DNA from: a virus
Taxonomy: Duplodnaviria > Caudoviricetes
Virus record (IMG/VR): IMGVR_UViG_3300008267_000139
Span: 1-51,904 of that record
Direction: 5' to 3' (one strand)
Length of the DNA: 51,904 bases
The stretch's first letter is position 1. The number at the start of each line of letters is the position of its first letter. Positions 19,282 to 28,900 of this stretch are shown piece by piece. The notes beneath the pieces are model-generated. The model did no database searches, had not been told where the DNA came from, and worked only from the letters and a program-made list of their open reading frames with translations. The translations under genes were made by a program, and so were the position numbers.

Positions 19282-20430
19282 TTAACAAGTAGTATAAGCA
19301 CCTGCTGATACATTAAGATTTAAAGTAACTGAAATATTAGAGTTTACAGTAACTGTGTACGGGTTAGTTGTGTATCCACAATATGTAGTTGAAGATGCGG
19401 GGCAACTTGTTCCTGTTTGTGCACCGAATGTTTGATCTGTTGTACCTCCTATTTGAGCACCTATATAAAGTACGGTTCCTGCAGGTACATTTGTAATAGT
19501 TCCTCTGAGGGTTGTTGTAGGACAAGTAGGATCTGTAATGCCAGTAGCTAATGTAGTTTTAGAACCTCCAGATCCTAATTTATAATAAATGCCTGAGATA
19601 CCACCAACAGTTCTTGCTGCTGAGTTTCCTTGGTATACAGTTACTGTATAAACTTGTGTTGTAGTTGTAGTTGTAGTACTTGTTGTTGTAGTTGTTGTTG
19701 GGGCTGCTGTGGTAGTAGTTGTCGTTGTTGATGTTGTAGTAAGGATAGAATCTGTATTAAGCCTAAAGCGAGAAGCTTGTGCTTCATAATTTTGTTGCAC
19801 TTCAGATGCTGATAGAGCTCTATTATATACTCTTGCATTTGCTATACTTCCTTTAAACCAGACTGCTGAACCTCTATTCATACCTATTCTATATCCTGTA
19901 GCATCTGTGAAATTGTTTGTTACGGTAAAGGATGTATCTGGGATCCCATTGATGTAGAATTTGGTTTGGTTTGCACTTGTAGATTCTCTTACTACAGTAA
20001 AATTAGCCCAACTATCTGAAGCTGTATATGTGCTTGTACCTAGAATAGATGTACTTCCTTGGAAAACTAAAGCATTAGAAGTAAATGAAATTTGCCAGTT
20101 ACCAGCGGCAGCAGCTGCTGCTATACACATTAATGTTGAGTTTGTAGATTGAGATCCACTAGGTTTAAACCACATATCTATACTGAATGGGTTTGTGCCA
20201 AAAGCAGTATTTGTTGGAGTTAATGCATAATCATCTATACCATCAAATGCAATACTCCCTCCATTAATTTCATTAAAAAGAGGACCATTAATTAAAGAAC
20301 CACTATTATTATTTCCTGTCAAATCAGTCCATGTGTTTCCACCTCCCGGATAACTATTTCTGTCAGCTGCATCTAAATCAAATGCTAAACTGCTATCTCT
20401 TACTATATATGGTCCACCTGATATTCCCAT
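19282..20430 (-). CDS. LamG/concanavalin A-like protein with a poly-Thr linker and an extra Cys-containing domain
   Basis: LDAADRNSYPG..FDGIDDY..RVYNRALSASEVQQNY, then a Thr-run linker and a domain with four Cys. Confidence 0.85.
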   Translation of the reverse strand: MGISGGPYIVRDSSLAFDLDAADRNSYPGGGNTWTDLTGNNNSGSLINGPLFNEINGGSIAFDGIDDYALTPTNTAFGTNPFSIDMWFKPSGSQSTNSTLMCIAAAAAAGNWQISFTSNALVFQGSTSILGTSTYTASDSWANFTVVRESTSANQTKFYINGIPDTSFTVTNNFTDATGYRIGMNRGSAVWFKGSIANARVYNRALSASEVQQNYEAQASRFRLNTDSILTTTSTTTTTTTAAPTTTTTTSTTTTTTTQVYTVTVYQGNSAARTVGGISGIYYKLGSGGSKTTLATGITDPTCPTTTLRGTITNVPAGTVLYIGAQIGGTTDQTFGAQTGTSCPASSTTYCGYTTNPYTVTVNSNISVTLNLNVSAGAYTTC

Positions 20431-20433
20431 TTG

Positions 20434-21171
20434 TTATAAGCCGAAGCGTGATTTTTGTGCATTATAATTTTGAATAGCCTCACCTGCTGAGAGAACTCTA
20501 TTATACATTCTAACAACAGCTATATTTCCTGTTAATATATTTCCATCTTTTCGTCTACCTATTCTTAAAGGTTCTGTGTTGTTTGTAGATACCATATCTC
20601 CAGCACTTCCTGCTCTAGTTGTAGTTCTTGTTACTCCATTAACATACATAGTTATTGTTCTTGCTCCTAATCCAAAAGTACTAGCAGTTGCTACAATATG
20701 TGTCCATCTATTAAGAGAAAATACATTTGTTGCTGTATTGTATGCTTCAAAAGTATTACTACCAGCAATGTTATTTACTTGATAAAGAAATGATAATACA
20801 TTTGATGTATTGATTTGGAGTTCATAATTGCCTGGGTAAAAATTTGCTGCACCGTTTGATGGGCCTTTTCCAATTAGAAACCCAGTGCTAGTTGTTATAA
20901 AAGCCCATACTTCTAAAGTTATAGTATTTGTTATAGAATAGACACTAGCATCAGAACCACTCACTCCGTTATCAACTCCATCAAAAACTATATTACCCCC
21001 AACACTAGAATTGTAAGTTGCTCCATTGTATAATGTTAATGTATTTTGGTTTTCAGTTAGATCTCTCCATGTAGTAGATGAAGATCCACTAAAACTATTT
21101 AAATCAGCAGCATCCAGTGATAGTACTAATCCATCTCTTACTATCTGTCCAAAAGCGTATTGTGTTGCCAT
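20434..21171 (-). CDS. LamG/concanavalin A-like protein
   Basis: GLVLSLDAA..WTHIVAT..RMYNRVLSAGEAIQNYNAQKSRFGL. Confidence 0.85.
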   Translation of the reverse strand: MATQYAFGQIVRDGLVLSLDAADLNSFSGSSSTTWRDLTENQNTLTLYNGATYNSSVGGNIVFDGVDNGVSGSDASVYSITNTITLEVWAFITTSTGFLIGKGPSNGAANFYPGNYELQINTSNVLSFLYQVNNIAGSNTFEAYNTATNVFSLNRWTHIVATASTFGLGARTITMYVNGVTRTTTRAGSAGDMVSTNNTEPLRIGRRKDGNILTGNIAVVRMYNRVLSAGEAIQNYNAQKSRFGL

Positions 21172-21180
21172 ATATTATAA

Positions 21181-21870
21181 CTATAAGCCGAAGCGTGATT
21201 TTTGTGCGTTGTAGTTTTGGAGGACTTCTGTTGCTGACAGAACACTGTTATATATTTGAAAATTTGCTATTTGTCCATTAACAAATCCAACAGCCGCACT
21301 TCCTGAACTACATCCTATAAAAAAATCCCCTGTTAGTCCGGATGGATTTCCTGCGGTTCCATTTCCATTTTGGGATCCTTGAACATAAATAAAACTTGTA
21401 TTATTTATACTGTTATATGTAATACCTATATGATACCATTGAGTATTTAACCATTCATTTAAAGATGAACTTATATTAGTTATTCCATTAATATCTACTA
21501 CTAAACTTCTATCTGTTGCTGTTCCACTACCTCCCCATCTAGCTTCAAAGTTTCCATTTTTACCCCAAGGTCTTTGATTTCCAGCATACCCTGTAGTTAT
21601 TGTATTTGTAAATTTAATCCAAAAACATATACTTCCAGATATATTGTTGAATTTACTTCCCATATTAACATATTGGTTAGTTCCATTAAATGAAAAACTT
21701 CCCAAATTATTAGAAGTAAAAGTAGGAGTATTCGTTAATGTTCCGTTATTACCATTTAGGGTTAAATCATTCCAAGCAGTTCCACTACCTGGATAAGAAT
21801 TTCTATCAGCGGCATCTAACGATAATACTAATCCGTTTGTAACAATTGAAGGTCCATCAAAAAATCCCAT
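21181..21870 (-). CDS. LamG/concanavalin A-like protein
   Basis: GLVLSLDAADRNSYPGSG..WYHIGITY..QIYNSVLSATEVLQNYNAQKSRFGL. Confidence 0.85.
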   Translation of the reverse strand: MGFFDGPSIVTNGLVLSLDAADRNSYPGSGTAWNDLTLNGNNGTLTNTPTFTSNNLGSFSFNGTNQYVNMGSKFNNISGSICFWIKFTNTITTGYAGNQRPWGKNGNFEARWGGSGTATDRSLVVDINGITNISSSLNEWLNTQWYHIGITYNSINNTSFIYVQGSQNGNGTAGNPSGLTGDFFIGCSSGSAAVGFVNGQIANFQIYNSVLSATEVLQNYNAQKSRFGL

Positions 21871-21871
21871 A

Positions 21872-22057
21872 CTATTCAGCAGCTAATTGTGACACACGAT
21901 ATTGTCTTCCCGTAGGATCTGCATCTTGAAGTTCAGTAGCTTTTGCTTGTGCTTCTTCAAAATTATCATAATCATAAAGAGGATCGTCTGGGTTTAGTTT
22001 TGCTACCCAAATTGAATCATTTCCTGGGATAAATTGCATTTGTACTTGATAAATCAT
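21872..22057 (-). CDS. Hypothetical small acidic protein
   Basis: 61 aa ORF packed tightly between the fibre and LamG genes. Confidence 0.6.
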   Translation of the reverse strand: MIYQVQMQFIPGNDSIWVAKLNPDDPLYDYDNFEEAQAKATELQDADPTGRQYRVSQLAAE

Positions 22058-22068
22058 AAATTGTTATT

Positions 22069-24525
22069 TTAAATATAAGTTGCTGTTGCTTTAATATTCC
22101 AGCCTGCAGTTGATGAAGGTACTTGGAAGTTTAATTGTACTTGTCCTGTTACTATTGCTACAGAACCAGTTACTGCTAAAGTATTTCCTATATCTGTAGT
22201 TGAATAGTCGTTATATGATACTGTTCCTCCTACCCACACAGCTGATATTTGTCCTGCTCTTGCATTTGATCCACTATACAAAGTATAGTTGTAAAATGCA
22301 GAAACAAAAGAACCAGTATTGTTAGTAAATACATTTACTGTTGATGGAGAAGTAGATGATAAAACAGTAGTATAATATATTTGAGAACCACCTATAGTAT
22401 AACCTACAGTTGATGTAGCATTAGCATAAGATGATGTTGCCGCAAATGAAGCAGATACTGCATTTAGAACGTAAGAGGCAGTTTGAGCAGTTGTTACAAA
22501 AGAAGCTGTATTAGCAGTTTGGGCTAAAGTAGCAAATGATGAACTTACTGCTTGTAAAACATATGATGCTGTTTGAGCAGTAGTTACGAAGGAAGCAGTT
22601 TGAGCAGTTGTTACAAAAGAGGCTGTGTTTGCTGTTTGTGCTAAAGTAGCGAACGAAGAAGATACTGCATTTAAAACATATGATGCTGTTTGGGCATTAG
22701 ATGCTGTTAAACTATTTATTACTCCAGCTGTTACTGTTATACTTCCACTTACACTTACACTACCAGTAAATTGATGGGTATTTGAGATTATGCTACCAAA
22801 TCTAGTAGAACCAGTTACAAAATTAGTTGATGAAGTGATAACTTGAGCTACAATTGTTTGAGCAGTTAATGTACCTCTTACTAAGAAATTGTCTGCAGAA
22901 GAAGCAGTTGAGGCAAATGATGATGATACTGCATTAAGTACATACGATGCTGTTTGAGCAGTAGTTACAAAGGATGCAGTGTTTGCTGTTTGAGCTAGTG
23001 TTGCAAACGAAGCAGATACTGCTTGTAAAACATAAGAAGCAGTAGTTGCATTTGCTGCGCTTGTAGCAAACGATGCTGATACGGCATTTAGTATATAAGA
23101 AGCAGTAGTTGCGTTTGCTGCTTGTGTTGCGAATGAAGCACTTACTGCTTGAAGTACATAAGAAGCAGTAGTTGCATTGGTAGCAGATGTAGCAAATGAA
23201 GCAGATACTGCTTGTAAAACGTAGGAAGCAGTAGTTGCTGTACCTAATAAACTACCAGTGAAACTACCAGTAAAGCTAGATCCACTAGTAGGACCTATAA
23301 TAATTAAACTTCCAGTTATATTTACAGATCCGGTTATTGTTTGATTGCCTCTAAAGGTATTTGAACCTGTAGTTGCAAATACGGTTGAATCAAGTCCATC
23401 TAATAAATTAGCATTACTAGCAGATACTGCATTTAAAACGTATGATGCTGTTTGAGCAGTTGTTACAAAAGAGGCTGTGTTTGCTGTTTGAGCTAATGTT
23501 GCAAATGAAGAAGATACTGCTTGAAGTACATAGGATGCTGTAGTTGCATTTACTGCGCTTGTAGCAAACGAAGCAGATACTGCTTGTAAAACGTAGGAAG
23601 CAGTTACTGCATTTTGTGCTTGTAATGCATATGATGAACTTAATATACTGTTAGAACCATTAGGGCCAAAAACACCAGATGATGTTATATAAGAAGCGGT
23701 TGTTGCAAATGAAGCTGAGGTGACAGTTCCTGCGGCTACAGTTATAATATTACCCCCCGAGTCTATAGCTAGATTAGCAGCTACAGTTCCAGGAAATGCT
23801 CCTGAGCCTGTATATCTGTTAAAGGTTATTTGTCCATTATGAAGACTAACATTAAAAAATTCAGCATCACTACCAGTATTAGTTCCTCTTAATATCCTAA
23901 ATCTATTTTGATAATTATCAAACATTGAAGCTGAGGAATATAGGCCTCCACTTGCTTGTAATAATATTTGTCCACCTTCTCCTGCACCACCTGCTGGTGC
24001 TGGTCCTACAACTAATGTGTTTTCAGTAGATCCTAATGATGAGGTGCCTACTGTTAGTGCATTTGTTATTATTACACTTTGGTTAAGTGTATTAACAAAT
24101 GATGCTGTGGAGGCAAACGACGCTGATACAGCATTTAGTATATAAGAAGCAGTAGTTGCATTTGCTGCATTTGTAGCAAACGATGCTGATACAGCATTAA
24201 GAATATATGATGATGTTACAGCATTGTTAGCCCATGACGCTGTACCAAACAATGAACCACTTAATGATCCTGTAAATGAACCTGTAATAGTTGCGTTAGA
24301 ACCAGATACTTTAATGGCTTCTTTAGTGTATGTGCCTAATCTAACAGAATCATCAGATGATACTGCTAATATAGGAATACCTGAAATATCGTTTACTGAA
24401 AATAAGGATCCAGATAGAACATCTGTTACAGAGAATAATTGACCTTGTGATCCTTGTACATCTAAAATTACTGAGCCTGAGCCGTTTACGGATAGGCCTT
24501 TTTTGACTTTAAATTCGTTTGCCAT
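22069..24525 (-). CDS. Repeat-rich fibre protein (818 aa)
   Basis: MANEFKVKKGL start, TASY/SASF repeats, LLDGLDS and THQFTGS modules; C-terminal domain shared with the 2359-aa protein. Confidence 0.8.
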   Translation of the reverse strand: MANEFKVKKGLSVNGSGSVILDVQGSQGQLFSVTDVLSGSLFSVNDISGIPILAVSSDDSVRLGTYTKEAIKVSGSNATITGSFTGSLSGSLFGTASWANNAVTSSYILNAVSASFATNAANATTASYILNAVSASFASTASFVNTLNQSVIITNALTVGTSSLGSTENTLVVGPAPAGGAGEGGQILLQASGGLYSSASMFDNYQNRFRILRGTNTGSDAEFFNVSLHNGQITFNRYTGSGAFPGTVAANLAIDSGGNIITVAAGTVTSASFATTASYITSSGVFGPNGSNSILSSSYALQAQNAVTASYVLQAVSASFATSAVNATTASYVLQAVSSSFATLAQTANTASFVTTAQTASYVLNAVSASNANLLDGLDSTVFATTGSNTFRGNQTITGSVNITGSLIIIGPTSGSSFTGSFTGSLLGTATTASYVLQAVSASFATSATNATTASYVLQAVSASFATQAANATTASYILNAVSASFATSAANATTASYVLQAVSASFATLAQTANTASFVTTAQTASYVLNAVSSSFASTASSADNFLVRGTLTAQTIVAQVITSSTNFVTGSTRFGSIISNTHQFTGSVSVSGSITVTAGVINSLTASNAQTASYVLNAVSSSFATLAQTANTASFVTTAQTASFVTTAQTASYVLQAVSSSFATLAQTANTASFVTTAQTASYVLNAVSASFAATSSYANATSTVGYTIGGSQIYYTTVLSSTSPSTVNVFTNNTGSFVSAFYNYTLYSGSNARAGQISAVWVGGTVSYNDYSTTDIGNTLAVTGSVAIVTGQVQLNFQVPSSTAGWNIKATATYI
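22430..23720 (-). repeat. Degenerate coding tandem repeats (27- and 36-nt units)
   Basis: Repeated units TASYVLQAV, SASFATLAQTAN and TASFVTTAQ with synonymous variation. Confidence 0.85.
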
Positions 24526-24531
24526 TATTTA

Positions 24532-24572
24532 GTATCCTTTTTTCATTTTCCAAAAGGGACACATATAAATAT
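24532..24572 (-). promoter_or_regulatory. ATATTTAT motif plus leader hairpin with a GGAAAATGA loop
   Basis: GTGTCCCTTTT-GGAAAATGA-AAAAAGGATAC, 6 nt before the ATG. Confidence 0.6.
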
Positions 24573-24586
24573 ATTAGATTATGTGT

Positions 24587-25273
24587 TTATAGACCGAAGC
24601 GCGCTTTTGTTGCGTTATAGTTTTGAGCAATTTCTGAAGATGAAAGGGCTCGATTATATAATTGAGTTATTGCTATAGATCCTGTAAAGTAATATCCTGT
24701 ATATACTGTTGGATTAGCGGCTCCTATTGTCACAGCATTAGCAGTAGTATTTAGTGTTCCTGCTAAAGTTTTTGTTTGTGTAAATATACCATTTTCATAA
24801 ACTAATATAGTAGTTGCTCCATTATAAGTTACTGTTATATTTTTCCATCCTGTTTGTGCAAAAGATGAACTAAACATTATATCATCTGCAAATGTCCAAA
24901 CTTCCATTACAGGATATATTGAAAAATCAATTCCAAAAGATGTACGAGTAGTATTACCCCCATATTGAAATAAATTGTTTACATCATTTGCCCAAGTAGA
25001 GGGGTTAGTAAAAAACCATATATTAATAGTTCTAGCCCCAGATCCTGTTGGTATGTTACGTAGTGATGACACTGATATGTAGTCATTAGTTCCATCAAAC
25101 ACAATACTACCACCATTGGCACTATTAAATGTAGGCCCGTTTGTTAATGATCCACTATTGTTATTTCCACTTAAATCTCTCCATATAGTTCCACTACCAG
25201 GATAACTTTTAGTATTAGCAGCATCTAAAGCTAATACTAGTCCATTTGTTATTATATTAGGTCCTGTATACAT
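24587..25273 (-). CDS. LamG/concanavalin A-like protein
   Basis: GLVLALDAANTKSYPGSG..FDGTNDY..QLYNRALSSSEIAQNYNATKARFGL. Confidence 0.85.
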   Translation of the reverse strand: MYTGPNIITNGLVLALDAANTKSYPGSGTIWRDLSGNNNSGSLTNGPTFNSANGGSIVFDGTNDYISVSSLRNIPTGSGARTINIWFFTNPSTWANDVNNLFQYGGNTTRTSFGIDFSIYPVMEVWTFADDIMFSSSFAQTGWKNITVTYNGATTILVYENGIFTQTKTLAGTLNTTANAVTIGAANPTVYTGYYFTGSIAITQLYNRALSSSEIAQNYNATKARFGL

Positions 25274-25275
25274 TA

Positions 25276-25974
25276 TTATAGATTGAAGCGTCCTTTTGTT
25301 GCGTTATAGTTTTGAAGAACTTCTGATGCTGAGAGGGCATGGTTGTATATTGAAGCCATTGCAACACGACCTCTCAAACTTCTAGAAAGATCACCTTGTC
25401 TTGATCCTATATACACATTAAAACCATTAGTAAAATCCCCCGGACCTGGGTAAGTTGAAGTGCCAACTCTATTGCCATTCACATAAATGCTTTTAGCTGT
25501 ATTATTATAGGTAGCTGCAAAATTATGCCAAGTATTTATTGCTAACGCACTAGTATCTAAATTATCAGTTATACCTGTGGTATTTCCTCTTGTTTCAAAA
25601 GATATTTGATGTGTATTATATAACCATATATCCCATGTGTTGGCATAAAAATGTCCTTTTCCAAATATACCAGCAGCTGCAGTAGGCCTATCAGAATGGT
25701 TTAAAAAATAAACCCACAGTTGAGCTGAAAAACTTGACCCAGATGTAAAGTTATATTTGTTATTAATATCTACATAATCATTAGTTCCGTCAAATACAAT
25801 AACACCATTATTTGCACTACTAAATGTAGGGCCATTAATTAATGATCCACTAGTGTTACTACCACTTAAATCTCTCCAAGTAGTTCCACTACCTGGATAG
25901 CTTTTAGTGTTAGCAGCATCTAATATTAATGCTGAGCCACTTGTAACCATGTTTGGACCTCTAAAAAAAGCCAT
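25276..25974 (-). CDS. LamG/concanavalin A-like protein
   Basis: LILDAANTKSYPGSG..WHNFAATY..IYNHALSASEVLQNYNATKGRFNL. Confidence 0.85.
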   Translation of the reverse strand: MAFFRGPNMVTSGSALILDAANTKSYPGSGTTWRDLSGSNTSGSLINGPTFSSANNGVIVFDGTNDYVDINNKYNFTSGSSFSAQLWVYFLNHSDRPTAAAGIFGKGHFYANTWDIWLYNTHQISFETRGNTTGITDNLDTSALAINTWHNFAATYNNTAKSIYVNGNRVGTSTYPGPGDFTNGFNVYIGSRQGDLSRSLRGRVAMASIYNHALSASEVLQNYNATKGRFNL

Positions 25975-25975
25975 A

Positions 25976-28900
25976 TTATAATAATCTTACTAATGAACGA
26001 ACTGACCAAGCTGAACCTGAAATTCCTGCTTGTAATACTATGTTACTTGCACTTATTGCTGTTTGTAATATAACAACAGATGTATTACCTCCCAAATCAG
26101 CTGTATAGTTTTCATAATATTCTGTTACTGATCCACTCCAAGTTGAAACAAGTGTTCCTGCTCTAACTGTTGAACCACTATAAGTTACATAATCAAAGAA
26201 GGCACATCTGTAAGAGCCAGTAGCTACACTAACTATTGTTTGGAATGAACCTGTTGTTACAGATAAATTTTGTTGATAATCTAATGAAGCAGAATCAACA
26301 TATAAGAAGTTTCTTACTGTAAAATTATCTGCATAAGATGTAGTTACAGCATATGAAGCGCTTGTTGATGATGAAGCATATGATGCACTAACAGCATTCA
26401 AAACATAGGATGCTGTTTGAGCTGTTGTTACAAAGGATGCAGTGTTTGCTGTTTGAGCTAATGTTGCAAACGAGGCACTTACTGCTTGAAGTACGTAGGA
26501 AGCTGTGTTTGCATTTGCTGCTTGTGTTGCAAATGATGCACTTACTGCATTTAAGACATAAGAAGCAGTGTTTGCTGTTTGTGCTAAAGTAGCGAATGAA
26601 GCAGATACTGCTTGAAGTACGTAGGAAGCAGTTACTGCGTTTTGTGCTTGAGAGGCAAATGAGGCACTTGTAGACCCACTAGCATATGATGCACTTAATA
26701 CAGACATTGAAGATGTCTGATTAGTTAAAATAACATTACTTCCATTTACTGCTAAGCTTCCAGTTACACTTACACTACCAGTAAACTGATGTGTGTTTAC
26801 AAGAAGAGTTCCAAATTTTGTTGAACCGGTTACAAAATCAGTAGATGATGTTATTACTTGAGCTACAATTGTTTGTGCTGTGAGTGTTCCTCTTACTAAG
26901 AAGTTATCGGCAGATGATGCTGTTGAAGCGAATGAGGCCGATACTGCATTAAGAATATAGGATGCTGTAGTAGCGTTTGCTGCTTGTGTTGCAAATGAAG
27001 CACTAGTTGAAGCAGAAGCATATGAGGCGCTTACTGCTTGAAGAACATAAGAAGCAGTATTAGCTGTTTGAGCTAATGTTGCAAATGAAGAAGATACTGC
27101 TTGGAGTACATAAGAAGCAGTAGTTGCTGTTCCTAATAAGCTACCAGTAAAATTAGATCCACTAATAGAACCAACAACAGTTAGACTTCCAGTTACAGCT
27201 ACCGATCCTGTTATTGTTTGATTGCCTCTAAAGACATTTGAGCCTGTAGTTGCAAATACAGTTGAATCAAGTCCATCTAATAAATTGGCATTGCTAGCAG
27301 ATACTGCTTGGAGTACATAAGAAGCAGTGTTTGCTGTTTGGGCTAATGTTGCAAACGAGGCACTTACGGCTTGAAGTACATAGGAAGCAGTAGTTGCATT
27401 TACTGCGTTTGTAGCAAACGAAGCAGATACTGCTTGAAGAACATAAGATGCTGTTTGAGCACTAGTTGCTGTAGCTGAATTTCCACTAATAGAGGCACTA
27501 ATATATGATAGGTTTTCCCATTTAGTAGTAGTACTATTATATACTAATGCTTGTCCTCCTGTAGGACCAGATATAGCTACATCAGATAAATCTACTAATC
27601 GAGTAGTAATAGTACTTCCTCCACCTCCTGCTCCTCCAACACTACGGAATATCCCACCAGGAAGAATAGAATAATCAGCAGTATTAGTAAATACCCCATT
27701 ATATTTTATAATTATTGCTCCTAAATATACTGCATTTTGTTTTGTATTTTCAACCTCACTAAACGTTTCAAAATTTATATTTGCAGCAGCATCTGCAATA
27801 GAAGCATATTGGGCATTACCATAATAAACAACTATACCTTTAGTTGCTGAATTAGGGTACCAAAATATTCTTTGTATTGTAAATGGAGTTGCAGGTAATA
27901 CTGCTGTTAAGGTACCATTATTATTATAGTTAGCAGGATCTATTACTGTATACCCAGCTCCAGCATTTGTGTCTTGTATAAATGTAGATCCTGATTGGTA
28001 GTATCTAAATATTTTAGAAACTGTAGTACCTACATCTGTGATATAGGAGGGGTTATTAGGATCTACTTGATAATTTCTTCCATCAGCAAAAGCAGTACCT
28101 CCACCTATTGTTAGTCCTAATGAAGATGAAGGGTTAATAGTATATCCTGATAATTTAAGAGGACCAAATGCCTTAATAAAATCATAAGTTCTTTGTTTAT
28201 ATCCATAAGCTACACTTGGATAAGTAATGCTAGCATTTACTGTAGCTTGATTTTGATGTAATACTGTGCCTATTAATATTTGAGTATTATATTCACCATT
28301 AACAAATGGAGTAGTTTGTTGTGTTATTTGTCCACTACTATTTATTCCAATGTATGATTGGACAGAAGAAGTAAGATAAGTTATTGATTGAGATACAAAA
28401 TTACCCCAATTAATATATTGTATAGTAGGATACGGATTATCATTTAAACTAGCATTTAGATTTACTATAACACCACTACCACTACTTAAATTAAACCAAG
28501 TAGAACCTGTGGTGATAGTAATTAAACCACCATTTAATAAGCCTGTATATAAATTGCCTTCTAACCAACGTAAACGAGTTGTATTAGCATATCCATTACC
28601 ATTTTGAGAAAAATATAAATCATTTGTAGATCCACTTACATAAATGTAAGAAGCTGATATTGATTGATCTATATTTGTTGTTACCGGATCAAAGCGAACA
28701 TATCCATTATGTGTAGTATCACCATATATTTTAACAGTAGGATTGTTTGTTCCTAGAGCTCCTGAAATTATGATACTACCTGATAGTGTAGTATTACCTA
28801 ATAAGGTATTATTGCCTGTTTGAGTAGTAGAGCCAGTTATGTTTAAACTGCCTGTTAATGTAGTAGATCCTATTAATGTATTTGATCCGGTAGTAAATAA

